NCBI GenBank assembly: GCA_039414375.1
Contig: JBCDGY010000001.1
Location: 1-48,107, forward strand
DNA length: 48,107 nucleotides
Direction: 5' to 3'
Source: Bacteroidota bacterium
GTDB lineage: Bacteria > Bacteroidota > Bacteroidia > Flavobacteriales > Flavobacteriaceae
Shown: positions 35,938 to 46,333 of the stretch, one piece after another
Layout of the letters: each line of letters opens with the position of its first letter
Numbering within the stretch: position 1 is the stretch's first letter
Notes under the pieces: model-generated
The model's input: the letters and a program-made list of their open reading frames with translations, nothing else
What the model was told of the DNA's origin: nothing
The model's database searches: none
Made by a program: the position numbers and the translations under genes

Positions 35938-36297
35938 ATGATGTACCTTAAATTTTCTTATGAAATCGATGCTACTGGGCGCAGTGCTACCACCGCACGT
36001 TCAGAGCATATTAAAGATTTAATTGAGCAGGTAATTTTTACGGCACCCGGAGAGCGCGTTAACCGACCGACCTTTGGCAGTGGATTGCAGCAGTTGGTCT
36101 TTGAGCCTAATAGTCCCGAACTAGCGGCTACCGTGCAATATTTGGTAAAAGGAGCCTTACAACAATGGCTTAGTGAAGTGATTGAAATAGGAGAGGTGTC
36201 CATCACCGCTATGGACAGCGCCTTACGCGTTCAAATCTCTTATCGAGAATTGCAAAACCCTATGGTACAATCCGTAACATTTGATCGACCTATATAA
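35938..36297 (+). CDS. GPW/gp25 baseplate wedge protein (Afp9-like)
   Basis: 'HIKDLIEQVIFTAPGERVNRPTFGSGL..LVFEPN'. Confidence 0.93.
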   Translation: MMYLKFSYEIDATGRSATTARSEHIKDLIEQVIFTAPGERVNRPTFGSGLQQLVFEPNSPELAATVQYLVKGALQQWLSEVIEIGEVSITAMDSALRVQISYRELQNPMVQSVTFDRPI

Positions 36298-38705
36298 TGA
36301 ACCCTATTTTCTCTTGTAAAAATAAGGGCCGCCGACTATTGATTATCGATAGTCCCAATTTCAATGGGATTGACTATTTGGAGGTTGTTTCTGCCGATCA
36401 ACGGACTATAGCCCTACATTTCTTAAAACCCCTACCTGGGGAAGTGGGTGGGGTGCCTGCGGCTCCTCCCCTAACAGCTGAAAATATTTTAATTACTGGT
36501 GGAGTCCGTATTCAACATATTGAAGTCGATAGCATCCTAAGCACCAATGATAGGATATTGACCATAAGGGTCAATCAAACCGGGGATTTCTCCACCTACA
36601 CCTTACATCTGGTTACCGACCAAGAGAACAAAGTGCCCCCAGCCAACTTTGATGCGCAACTTGCACAAATCGATTTTTCTTTTAAAGCCAATTGCCCTAG
36701 CGATTTTGATTGCAAAACGGAGAAAATATGCCCTCCTACCGAACTAGAGCCCACCCCGAGGATCAACTATCTCGCCAAGGACTACGCTAGTTTCCGGCGT
36801 ACCATGTTCGATCGTCTTAGCCTGCTAATGCCGGGCACGCAAGAAAATAATGTTGCCGACATACAGACCACTATGGTGGAATTGATGGCCTATGTTGGCG
36901 ATCACCTCAGCTACTATCAAGATGCTATCGCAACAGAGGCCTACCTTTTTAAAGCACGGAAAAGAATCTCTTTGAGAAGGCATGCACGCCTTCTGGATTA
37001 TCAAGTACACAATGGAAACAATGCCAGAACTTGGGTGCAAATTGGGGTAACTCCAGGAGGACCACTCGATCTAGGTATCCTCCCTAAAAGCACACCACTC
37101 CTTACCAAAGGCAATGATACGCAAGCTGCGATAAGCACCCTTGAATTTGAGCAATTAAAAAAGCAGACCACGCCATTGGTATTTGAAACCATGCACACCA
37201 TTACCCTTAACAGCAATCATAACGAAATACCCTTCTACACCTGGGGGGATTCTAGTTGTTGTTTGCTTAAGGGAGCTACTTCGGCCACCTTAATAGACAA
37301 TGGAAGCTTAGACCTTAAAGAAGGGGATCTCCTAATTTTGGAAGAATTGATAAGCCCAACAACGGGTGCCAATGCCGATGCTGATCCTCAAAAAAAGCAT
37401 CCTATCCGCCTGAGTATTGACGGTATCTCCGGTATAGACCCCCTCACCAATCAAGCCTATGTTCAAATTACATGGCATGAAGAAGACGCACTTCCCTTTG
37501 GACTGTGCATTAGTGCAGAAGTTGATGGAGTACCCCTAACTGATGTATCCGTGGCAAGGGGTAATATTGTGTTAGCAGATCACGGTTTGACCTTTACGGA
37601 ACAGGAAGTATATCCCCCCAATAATGTAAACCATCCAGCGTACTACAATCCCCAACTGTTACATACCTCGATTAGTGTGGTGCAACCCTACGAACACGAC
37701 AGTATGTTAGAACGGCCCGCGCACTATGCGCAGGTACAAGACCCTAAAAAGGCTATTCCCGCCATTCAGTTAACCGCGAATGGCGACCTCTGGCAAGCAC
37801 AACAAGACCTGCTAAACAGCGATCGGTTTGCTAAGGAATTTGTTCCCGAGGTTACCGAAGACGGAAAAGTATTCCTACGTTTTGGTGATGATATTACCGG
37901 AGCGCGTCCTGGCCAAGGCTTTGCCCCAAAAGCAACTTACAGAGTAGGCAACGGTACGGAGGGAAATATAGGAAGAGACGCCCTTCAAAATATGGTTTCA
38001 GATATTGGAGGGGTGGCCTACATTAGAAATCCAATGCCTGCAACTGGCGGGCAATCCATAGAATCTTTAGAAGAAGTACGGCAATTTGCCCCCGAAGCTT
38101 TTAAAACACAAGAAAGGGCCGTTAACGAAGCAGACTATGCCGAAAAAGCCATGTTGCACCCCGAAGTGCAGCATGCTGTTGCCGAGTTCAGATGGACGGG
38201 GAGTTGGTATACCGTATTTTTGACGATAGACCGTTTTAACGGCCTCCCCATTACCGATACTTTTAAGCAGGAACTGATTGCCCATATGGAGCAATATCGC
38301 ATGATGGGCTATGATATTGCTATACACCGTCCCTTGTTTGTACCGCTAGAAATCGAGGTTCGTATTTGCGTGAAGAAAGGCTATTTTAAAGCACAAGTAC
38401 GGCAACAACTGCAACAGACTTTTACCAATGCGGTACTCCCTAATGGCGATAAGGGTTTTTTCCATCCCGATCATTTTACGTTTGGACAGCCCTTGTATTT
38501 GAGTGCCCTCTATGAAGAACTTTTGGCTGTAGAGGGAGTAGAATCTGTAGAGGTACAACAATTTAAAAGGCAAGGTGTTGCCGATCAAGGAGAAAAAAGA
38601 GCTGGGCTCATCACTACGGCTTTTAATGAGATTATCCGTTTGGATAACGATCCCAATTATCCAGAAAATGGTAGTATGTCATTCTTAATTTATGGCGGTA
38701 TATGA
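36297..38705 (+). CDS. Baseplate assembly protein (gpJ/Afp11-like)
   Basis: 'NGIDYLEV', 'INYLAKDYASFR', 'DHLSYYQDAIATEAYL..AR.RISLRRHARL', 'LRFGD', 'YRVGNG..GN', 'QERAV...DYA'. Confidence 0.92.
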   Translation: MNPIFSCKNKGRRLLIIDSPNFNGIDYLEVVSADQRTIALHFLKPLPGEVGGVPAAPPLTAENILITGGVRIQHIEVDSILSTNDRILTIRVNQTGDFSTYTLHLVTDQENKVPPANFDAQLAQIDFSFKANCPSDFDCKTEKICPPTELEPTPRINYLAKDYASFRRTMFDRLSLLMPGTQENNVADIQTTMVELMAYVGDHLSYYQDAIATEAYLFKARKRISLRRHARLLDYQVHNGNNARTWVQIGVTPGGPLDLGILPKSTPLLTKGNDTQAAISTLEFEQLKKQTTPLVFETMHTITLNSNHNEIPFYTWGDSSCCLLKGATSATLIDNGSLDLKEGDLLILEELISPTTGANADADPQKKHPIRLSIDGISGIDPLTNQAYVQITWHEEDALPFGLCISAEVDGVPLTDVSVARGNIVLADHGLTFTEQEVYPPNNVNHPAYYNPQLLHTSISVVQPYEHDSMLERPAHYAQVQDPKKAIPAIQLTANGDLWQAQQDLLNSDRFAKEFVPEVTEDGKVFLRFGDDITGARPGQGFAPKATYRVGNGTEGNIGRDALQNMVSDIGGVAYIRNPMPATGGQSIESLEEVRQFAPEAFKTQERAVNEADYAEKAMLHPEVQHAVAEFRWTGSWYTVFLTIDRFNGLPITDTFKQELIAHMEQYRMMGYDIAIHRPLFVPLEIEVRICVKKGYFKAQVRQQLQQTFTNAVLPNGDKGFFHPDHFTFGQPLYLSALYEELLAVEGVESVEVQQFKRQGVADQGEKRAGLITTAFNEIIRLDNDPNYPENGSMSFLIYGGI

Positions 38706-41197
38706 GTAAAAAGAACACATCTAACTGTGGGTGTTGCAACGGCATTGCCTATGAAACGCCCATATCCATCTTTAACGAGGCCAACCTTAGCAAATTAGAA
38801 TACCGCATAGGCACCTACGGTCATTTTAAAGCGGCTATGATTCGTGGTCTTTCTGCAGACCCGGCACTCGGGAAACTCACTACAAGGTCCAATACCGATG
38901 CTTCCCTCGCCATGATTGATGCCTGGGCCGTAGTATTGGATATCCTCACCTTTTACCAAGAGCGCATTGCCAACGAGGGGTATTTGACCACTGCTCGAGA
39001 AAGGCTCTCGCTGTTCGAGCTGGCTAAACATATCAGTTACCGACCCAAACCAGGTGTCGCCGCCCACACCCATTTGGCCTTTACAATGGACGATGCCGTG
39101 GGAGCCCCGCTTGCAACTAGTATCGACCAAGGTACCAAAGTGCAAAGCATTCCAGAAAAAGACGAAAATCCGCAACTTTTCGAAACTTTAACCCCCTTTG
39201 CCGCCAAAACCAAATGGAATGCCATTAGACCCAAGCGTTTCGAAGCGCAAGTACTCCAAAAAGGAGACAAACAACTCTATCTTAAAGGAATTACCAATCA
39301 AGTGGGACCAGGAGATGTATTGCTTATTGTAGGCGACGAACGCAAAACAGATCCTGGGAGTGAACGTTGGGATGTCCGCATTGTTCATGAGATAGTTACC
39401 CATGAAGCCGCCGATTACACCACCGTAAAATGGTTAACAGGCCTTGGGCATAATTACCCCTCGGTAAATCCTACGGCACAAAATCAAAGTGTTTTTGTGT
39501 TTAGGGAGCGTGCCGCTCTTTTTGGCCACAATGCTCCCGACGCTAAGATGATGTCCAAAGAAGTTAAAGATACCGACCTTATCAACGCCTCGGAGCAATG
39601 GACCGGTTATAACGATACCCTTACACAAACCCTTCAACTGGACAATGTTTATCCCAAACTGGTGACACAGAGCTGGCTGGCCTTGGTACAACCCAGTTAT
39701 ATTGAGCTTTATCGTTTGTTAGATGTAGATAACATTAGTATAGCTCGCTTTGGACTCAGCGCAAAAGTGGCACAAGTACAATTGGATACCGATGAACACC
39801 TGAGCTATTTTAATCGCAGAAATACGGATGCTTTCATCGTTAGCGAAGCCTTGGAAATGGGGGAAACCCCGATTGATATAGTGGTAAGTGGCAATAGCTT
39901 GGTGTTAGATGACGACTATCCCGACCTTACCGTTGGGCATGCATTAATCCTGAGCGGGGAACTGGAGGATGCAGCGATAGTACCTACTGCATTAGTCCCT
40001 TCTTCTCTAAACCAACCCGAACGGGTAAGTGAGTTGGTGTATATTCAAGAAATAACAACAGTAGCGGGGCACACCCAACTTTATTTTGACAAACCCCTGG
40101 AACACCGCTATCGGCGCGATACGGTTTACCTGAATGCCAATACCATTTACGCTACCCATGGGGACACCAAAATAGAGTTGCTCGGTAGTGGAGACGCCGC
40201 ACAGGCTTTTCAACGTTTTCCATTGAAACAACAACCCCTAACTTTTATACCTGCAGCTTCTATTACGGGTACGGCTACCACCCTATCGGTGCGTGTTGAT
40301 GATATTTTATGGCATGAGGTGCCTACCTTTTATGGTACAGGGCCCGAAGAACGCATTTATATAGTACGGCAAGAAAATGATGGCAGCACCTATGTACAGT
40401 TTGGGGACGGCCTAACCGGAGCACGCCTTCCCACTGGCACAGAAAATATACAAGCTACTTACCGTGTAGGTATTGGCACGGAAGGATTGTTAAAAGCAGA
40501 ACAGCTCTCATTATTAATGACCCCTCAATTGGGCTTGCGCTCCGTGATCAACCCTTTGCCCACTAAAGATGCAGACGACCCAGAGGCTCCGGAAAATATC
40601 CGACAGAATGCGCCCTTAACGGTGCTTACCCTAGATCGTATCGTATCTATTCACGATTATGAAGACTTTACCCAAGCCTTTGCCGGAATAGGTAAAGCCA
40701 AAGCTGATGTAATGTGGCAAGGCGAAGACCGTACCGTACATCTTACTGTTGCAGCGGTAAGCCCAACCGCACCCATGGTAAGTGATAGTCTGATAACCAA
40801 CCTATTGACAGCAATAAATACGATAAGGCATGACACCTTTAAGGTGGTTGTTTCTAATTTTACGGAGCTTACCTTTGGTCTTACAGCCCGCGTAAAAACA
40901 CATCCCGACTATGAAACGGCAACAGTTTTAGACGCTATACAAAACCAACTGGTAACCACTTTTAGTTTTGAAGAACGCCGGTTCGCCCAAGACGTTACCC
41001 CGAGTGAGGTTATTGCTCATATCCAAACTGTGGAAGGCGTTGTTTACGTGGATCTAGATACCCTCAACGGCATCGATATTTTTGACGATCCTCATTTTAG
41101 ATTAGTTGCACGGCAGGCCCGCTGGGCAGGCCAAAATATTGCCCCCGCAGAATTGCTCATTATCGACCCTGATGCCGTTACCTTAAGCCCACTGTAA
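38702..41197 (+). CDS. Second baseplate assembly protein (gpJ-like)
   Basis: 'CGCC', 'YRIGT', 'DILTFYQERIANEGYL.TA.ER.S', 'VQFGDG..GARLP.G..NI.A.YR.G.G', 'DRIVS..DYEDF'. Confidence 0.92.
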   Translation: MSKKNTSNCGCCNGIAYETPISIFNEANLSKLEYRIGTYGHFKAAMIRGLSADPALGKLTTRSNTDASLAMIDAWAVVLDILTFYQERIANEGYLTTARERLSLFELAKHISYRPKPGVAAHTHLAFTMDDAVGAPLATSIDQGTKVQSIPEKDENPQLFETLTPFAAKTKWNAIRPKRFEAQVLQKGDKQLYLKGITNQVGPGDVLLIVGDERKTDPGSERWDVRIVHEIVTHEAADYTTVKWLTGLGHNYPSVNPTAQNQSVFVFRERAALFGHNAPDAKMMSKEVKDTDLINASEQWTGYNDTLTQTLQLDNVYPKLVTQSWLALVQPSYIELYRLLDVDNISIARFGLSAKVAQVQLDTDEHLSYFNRRNTDAFIVSEALEMGETPIDIVVSGNSLVLDDDYPDLTVGHALILSGELEDAAIVPTALVPSSLNQPERVSELVYIQEITTVAGHTQLYFDKPLEHRYRRDTVYLNANTIYATHGDTKIELLGSGDAAQAFQRFPLKQQPLTFIPAASITGTATTLSVRVDDILWHEVPTFYGTGPEERIYIVRQENDGSTYVQFGDGLTGARLPTGTENIQATYRVGIGTEGLLKAEQLSLLMTPQLGLRSVINPLPTKDADDPEAPENIRQNAPLTVLTLDRIVSIHDYEDFTQAFAGIGKAKADVMWQGEDRTVHLTVAAVSPTAPMVSDSLITNLLTAINTIRHDTFKVVVSNFTELTFGLTARVKTHPDYETATVLDAIQNQLVTTFSFEERRFAQDVTPSEVIAHIQTVEGVVYVDLDTLNGIDIFDDPHFRLVARQARWAGQNIAPAELLIIDPDAVTLSPL

Positions 41198-41198
41198 G

Positions 41199-43355
41199 AT
41201 GAAAATGGACCAAGAATACCTCTATGGATTACTCCCGGCCTACCATCGCCTATTAGATGCCCAACAGGCAGAACCGCTAAAGGCTTTTATCCAAATACTG
41301 GCGCGCGAGAGCCTATTAGTCGAGCAAAACATGGATCAGCTGTACCGCGACTGGTTTATAGAAACCTGTGAAGAGTGGGTAGTGCCCTACATCGGAGAAC
41401 TATTAGGGGTAAAAGGGGTACATGAGATCAATGAAAATAAGGTATTTAGCCGTCGTGCTTACGTAGCCAACACCTTGAGTTACCGCCGTCGCAAAGGTAC
41501 CGTGCCCGTGGTAGAGCAATTGGCGCGAGATATTACCGGATGGCGCGCTGGGGCAGTAGAATTTTTTCAACGCTTGGCCACTACTCAGAATATGAATCAC
41601 TTACGGCCGCATACCCTGGTTACTGTAGCTATGACGCAGATGGATGCGCTCGACCTTATCGATTCTCCTTTTGAAACAGCCACACGCACCGTGCATGTAG
41701 GGAACATAAGTAGAGGGCTTGGCACGCATAATATCCCCAATCTGGGTGTTTATCTATGGCGATTGAACAGTTATCCTATGCAGGAAGGGGAGCCTTTGCG
41801 TTTGGCTCCCAATTTTGAAGCTATTCCCAATGGTGCAGTCACCGCAAAAAAAATAGCAGATGGTGCCTATACTTTTAGTCCCTTGGGATTAGATACCCAA
41901 CTCTTTAACAATCCACAAACAGAGCGAACCATCACCACCTTAGCCAAAGAAATCAATGTACCAGGACTGCTACGCAGGCGCGGTATGCACGAAGAATTGA
42001 TGGCCTTGCAAAACAATGGGGAATCTATTGGCTTTTTAGAAACCCATCAACCCGTATGGGCCATTTTTGATGGTAACGGAGATCGCATCGATACCGATGC
42101 CATGGTTATTTGCAATCTCAGCAACTGGAAACGCCCCCCCGCCGATAAAGTGGCTATTGATCCCATCTTAGGGCGGCTCACTTTTGGAACCAATCCCGTA
42201 GAACCCATAGCAGTAGATTACTCCTATGGCTTTAGTGGTGACCTAGGCGGAGGACCCTATGACCGAAATACCACCTTCGATCAAGCTGCTGTAAGTGAAG
42301 AGAATACCTGGCATACGGCGGTAAGCGCCTACTTGCAACCTATCGGAACAGAGACCATCCACCCTACCCTTCAAGATGCCATTGCAGCATGGAATGCCCT
42401 AGGCAATGCCCAAGGCACTGGGGTAATCACCATTATGGATAGTAGGACGTATGACTTATCCGCCATGCCTACCATTGAAATACAAGAAGGCGCAACCCTA
42501 TATCTTATTGCAGCGCAATGGATAGCAGTAAAAGATGAGAATGATAATTGGAGTCGGCCAGCGCATAGTTTTAATGCAGAGGGGGTGAGACCCCATTTGA
42601 TGGGCGACCTTACTGTAATAGGAACAGCGCCAGCCACTTCAAACAATGGGGGTAGCCTAAAGCTTAACGGCTTACTGCTAGAAGGTAATATTTCGGTACT
42701 TGCTGGAAACCTCGAAACATTTGAAGTAGGCCATTGTTCCATTTTACCAGGAAATACCTTATCAGTAGCCAACCAAACGGGTATTTTTGAATTGCAATTA
42801 CTTAAAAGTATTTGCGGAGCCATTACTATTGCCTCGGAAGACGCTATTCTAACTTTAAAGGCATCGATCATTGATGCTAAAAATGCGGATGCTATTGCTG
42901 CTTTCCGCACCCATCTTTGCATTGAAGAAAGTACCATTTGGGGCAATGTAAATGGGCAGCAATTGGACGCGAGCAATACCTTATTTAACGATCTGGTTAC
43001 TATTAGTCGTAGACAGCATGGGTGTGTGCGCTTTAGCTATGTAACCCTAGATTCAATAACCCCAAAAAGATATCGGTGCCAGCCAGAATTGGCCTTGCAG
43101 CAAGCTAGTGCCGCCGAGACACCCTACCTAATCCAAAAAACACAGCCTACCTATAACAGTACTGCCTTTGGGCATCACGCCTACGCACAGCTGCATACCT
43201 GTACCCCAGAAGCTATTACGCGTGGTGCAGATAATGAAACTGAAATGGGCGTTTTTAATTTTTTACAACAGGCCCAACGCATAAGTAACTTAAACATTGC
43301 CCTTGAAGAGTATATACGACTAGGGATGGAAACAGGGCTTATTTACGTTACATAA
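41199..43355 (+). CDS. Phage tail protein I (P2 gpI)-like baseplate/fibre attachment protein
   Basis: 'LYGLLPAYHRLLD', 'LYRDWFIETCEEWVVPYIGELLG', 'YRRRKGT', 'GCVRFSY', 'GADNETEMGVF'. Confidence 0.85.
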   Translation: MKMDQEYLYGLLPAYHRLLDAQQAEPLKAFIQILARESLLVEQNMDQLYRDWFIETCEEWVVPYIGELLGVKGVHEINENKVFSRRAYVANTLSYRRRKGTVPVVEQLARDITGWRAGAVEFFQRLATTQNMNHLRPHTLVTVAMTQMDALDLIDSPFETATRTVHVGNISRGLGTHNIPNLGVYLWRLNSYPMQEGEPLRLAPNFEAIPNGAVTAKKIADGAYTFSPLGLDTQLFNNPQTERTITTLAKEINVPGLLRRRGMHEELMALQNNGESIGFLETHQPVWAIFDGNGDRIDTDAMVICNLSNWKRPPADKVAIDPILGRLTFGTNPVEPIAVDYSYGFSGDLGGGPYDRNTTFDQAAVSEENTWHTAVSAYLQPIGTETIHPTLQDAIAAWNALGNAQGTGVITIMDSRTYDLSAMPTIEIQEGATLYLIAAQWIAVKDENDNWSRPAHSFNAEGVRPHLMGDLTVIGTAPATSNNGGSLKLNGLLLEGNISVLAGNLETFEVGHCSILPGNTLSVANQTGIFELQLLKSICGAITIASEDAILTLKASIIDAKNADAIAAFRTHLCIEESTIWGNVNGQQLDASNTLFNDLVTISRRQHGCVRFSYVTLDSITPKRYRCQPELALQQASAAETPYLIQKTQPTYNSTAFGHHAYAQLHTCTPEAITRGADNETEMGVFNFLQQAQRISNLNIALEEYIRLGMETGLIYVT

Positions 43356-43394
43356 TCCTTCAAACAAAAACACCTTTAAAATCCTGAGAACACC

Positions 43395-46055
43395 ATGAAA
43401 GGAGATTTTAGCCGTGTTACTGCTAGTAACGCGAAAAAGAAACACTACAACCAAGTACTCAAGCAGCAAAGCCGGGTATTGCTGGATGCGGATAACAACG
43501 AACAGGTAAGCATTATTGCCCACCAACGACGCACCCGTACCATAGACACCATCGGCAAATGTGGTGCTCCAATTCACAATAGTGGGTTTGAAATCGTTTC
43601 CAATAGCGATGGGGAATTGTTGTTTTCCACTGGACGCTTCTATGTAGAAGGCCTTTTGTGTGAAACCTCCCCTAGTGAAACACTGTCTGTAGCTGGATTT
43701 GTACAGAATTCTAATACCCTAGTCGAAGTAGATGATCTAAATATTGATGGAATACCTTTAGCAGTAGGACAATGGGTACGCATCTTTAGTGAGGAAGATG
43801 CTTTGGGAGAACTAGTGCAGATCGATCAAGTAAATGCTAACAATAACAGGCTGCGCCTAAGTGCCAATATCAACGCCTATAGAAATCACCACCAGGTACA
43901 ATTACAATTATACCTCCCCCTTGAAGCACAAGACTTTTTATTAGAAGGAGAAGGCCCAGAAATACCGGAACCTGGCACTACTATGCTGGCCTATTTAGAA
44001 GTATGGCAACGGCATATTACCGCATTGGAAGACCCCATATTAAGAGAAGTCGCGCTTGGCGGCCCAGATACAGACACCCGTACTCAGGTGATCACACAGC
44101 TACGCACCCTGGCTATAGAAGATCCGAATAGTGTTTTGGAGTGTAGTAGTGTAATTCCAGAATGGGAGGCCCTTACCGCGCCAGCCAATGGGAGGTTATC
44201 AACTTCTCTTGTACCAACCAACCTACCGGACGACCCTTGCCGTTTAGGAGAGAGTGGAGGTTACTTAGGCTTAGACAACCGACTATATCGGGTCGAAGTA
44301 CATCAAGGGGGAACGCTGGGGAATGACGCCACTTTTAAATGGTCTAGAAGTAATGCCGCACAAGCCTATCGCGTTGCTGAATTTACCGCCATAGCAGCGA
44401 CTACAGCTGACCTGCGGCTAGAACGCCAAGGAAGAGATCATATTTTGGCCCTTAAGGTGGGAGACACCATTGAAATTTCGGATGAGTATACCGATTTAAA
44501 TGTGGACCAATTGGAGGTTATGGCTAACATCACAGCAGTGAATGACCTTATCATTTCAGTAGCGGTGGCCGCGGCTGATGTTACCCCTTTTCAAGATCGC
44601 GATACCCTTCCTAAAGTACGCCGATGGGATACGGTAGATTCCCTCGCCGATGCCGTAAATCCAATTACCAATGCTGATTTTGAGTTGGGCGATGGCATAA
44701 CGATTACCTTTTCCGGAACCACATTTGAAGCTGGGGATTATTGGGTTTTCGCTGCGCGTACCCTTACAGGAGATATCGAAATTCTAGATCAGGCCAAACC
44801 CCATGGTATCGATCGCCATTACTGCAAATTGGCGGTAATAAAAACCTTGGCCAATGGTGCCATTGAGATTGAAGATTGTCGCCCACTATTTCCGCCGCTT
44901 ACCGAATTGCCTGAAGGAGAAGGGCAGTGTTGCCACCTAACGATAAGTCCAGGGCCTTCGTGGTGGAACGTTTTAGTAGGGCATCCAGCGGGTACCCATT
45001 TGCAAGTATGCTTTGAACCGGGAGACTATGAACTTCGGGAAACGCTAACATTTAATAACCTTGGCACCCTCACTTTTTTTGGAGCCGGTAAGGGAAGCCA
45101 GATCACCGTAATTAACCAAGAGTCTGTCTTTACTTTTGAAGACTGTGGTGATGTTACGCTGCGCGACCTCGCTATTCATAGCAACGCCACTGCACCCAAC
45201 CAACCCGAAGAAACGCATTTGAATGGTGCAGTTACCGTTTATGATTGCACCAGCCTTATTGTAGATAACGTTTCGCTCTCTTGCGCTGATTCAGATTCGG
45301 ATCGACAAGAAGCCACTTGTATCACAGTCCGCAATACGGTAGTGGATAACGCAAGAATTCCTGGGGCAGGCATTACCGGGCCAGATGTGCTCACGGCCAA
45401 CCTGCCAACAGCCACCCTTTTAAACAAAGTGGTTATTCGCGATTGCGAACTGACAGTGGGTAGATTTCAAACTGGTATTTTAGTCGTTAATGCTCAAATG
45501 GCACATCTAGAAGCCAACCGTATTGCAGTGCGCCCCGGTGTGACTGCTGTTGGACTACAGGGTATTGTGGTGGCCGGTGAAATTGCCCCACAAGTGGTTA
45601 TTCAAAACAACTACGTCAACCGCATGCTGCAAGGTATCCATCTCGGTTTTAGCAATGATAAAAAAGACGATCCTGAAATAGGATTCTTTCAGGGGGGTAG
45701 CATTAATATCTACCAAAACCACATCTTATGTAGTATCTTCTCTGCCTTTCAGGAGGAAGAAGGACGCCATGGTATTTTTGTTGGCAATAGTAAAGACCTT
45801 TCTATTCTAGACAATTACATTCAACTATTTAGGGCACGGGGAAGAAATGACCAGTACCCGGGTGTTAAGGTGATCGGTCACTGGGGCCGTAAGATGATTT
45901 TGAGAAACAACCACCTTGAAGGTGATTTTGGCAATGTAGGCATACAGGTAGATGCCATTCCTCAAAAACCGCAGTCCCCCTTATGGATCGTGGAGCAAAA
46001 TATTGCCAGTATCGATATCGATGATGCCGAAATCATCCAGCGAGACAATGTATAG
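43395..46055 (+). CDS. DUF6519-domain tail-fibre-like protein with C-terminal right-handed beta-helix
   Basis: 'MKGDFSR', 'QQSRVLLDAD.NEQ', 'GRFYVEGLLCE', 'EVALGGPDT.TR', 'NRLYRVEVH', 'FKWSR.NA', 'GDYWVFAAR', 'DCRPLFPPLT'; C-terminal 'I..N.I' rungs. Confidence 0.88.
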   Translation: MKGDFSRVTASNAKKKHYNQVLKQQSRVLLDADNNEQVSIIAHQRRTRTIDTIGKCGAPIHNSGFEIVSNSDGELLFSTGRFYVEGLLCETSPSETLSVAGFVQNSNTLVEVDDLNIDGIPLAVGQWVRIFSEEDALGELVQIDQVNANNNRLRLSANINAYRNHHQVQLQLYLPLEAQDFLLEGEGPEIPEPGTTMLAYLEVWQRHITALEDPILREVALGGPDTDTRTQVITQLRTLAIEDPNSVLECSSVIPEWEALTAPANGRLSTSLVPTNLPDDPCRLGESGGYLGLDNRLYRVEVHQGGTLGNDATFKWSRSNAAQAYRVAEFTAIAATTADLRLERQGRDHILALKVGDTIEISDEYTDLNVDQLEVMANITAVNDLIISVAVAAADVTPFQDRDTLPKVRRWDTVDSLADAVNPITNADFELGDGITITFSGTTFEAGDYWVFAARTLTGDIEILDQAKPHGIDRHYCKLAVIKTLANGAIEIEDCRPLFPPLTELPEGEGQCCHLTISPGPSWWNVLVGHPAGTHLQVCFEPGDYELRETLTFNNLGTLTFFGAGKGSQITVINQESVFTFEDCGDVTLRDLAIHSNATAPNQPEETHLNGAVTVYDCTSLIVDNVSLSCADSDSDRQEATCITVRNTVVDNARIPGAGITGPDVLTANLPTATLLNKVVIRDCELTVGRFQTGILVVNAQMAHLEANRIAVRPGVTAVGLQGIVVAGEIAPQVVIQNNYVNRMLQGIHLGFSNDKKDDPEIGFFQGGSINIYQNHILCSIFSAFQEEEGRHGIFVGNSKDLSILDNYIQLFRARGRNDQYPGVKVIGHWGRKMILRNNHLEGDFGNVGIQVDAIPQKPQSPLWIVEQNIASIDIDDAEIIQRDNV

Positions 46056-46290
46056 GGCAACATGCTGTCCTACAAGTTCACCACTTCCTCCACCGTTTTA
46101 CCTTTGTCTTCCAGGAGCTATAACAAATCCCTAATGCTCCCTTAATAGTCAATACCGCAAACCAGCCATTCTCCCTTACGCACTTAGCCAGTAACCAAGC
46201 TACGGAAGGAGACCTTTGCAAAATTCAAAGTATGTGGAAAGTTTGATGCCCGATAAAGTTTTAACCTAAAACAGCGTTGAAGGGCGGTAC

Positions 46291-46333
46291 CCCTCTACTC
46301 CGCTCTGGATAACGCCCCGAGCGAAGTCAAAAG
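46291..46333. repeat. Degenerate REP-like imperfect inverted repeat
   Basis: ACTCCGCTCTGG (46297-46308) pairs with CCCGAGCGAAGT (46316-46327) with 2 mismatches; resembles the flavobacterial 'CTTCGACT(C/T)CGCTCAG...CTGAGCG(A/G)AGTCGAAG' repeat as I recall it. Confidence 0.45.

Larger units (their letters stand above)
17127..46055 (+). other. Extracellular contractile injection system (eCIS; Afp/PVC-like phage-tail-derived) gene cluster
   Basis: 20 co-oriented, mostly abutting genes: sheath, tube, Pvc16, AAA ATPase, DUF4157 cargo, hub, spike, PAAR-like, gp25, baseplate, fibre; no capsid, terminase, integrase or T6SS membrane complex. Confidence 0.95.

Noticed and set aside
17127-46055. Prophage or T6SS interpretation
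   Set aside because: No capsid, portal, terminase, integrase or replication genes, and no TssB/C, ClpV or T6SS-iii membrane components; Pvc16, Afp15-like ATPase and DUF4157 identify an eCIS
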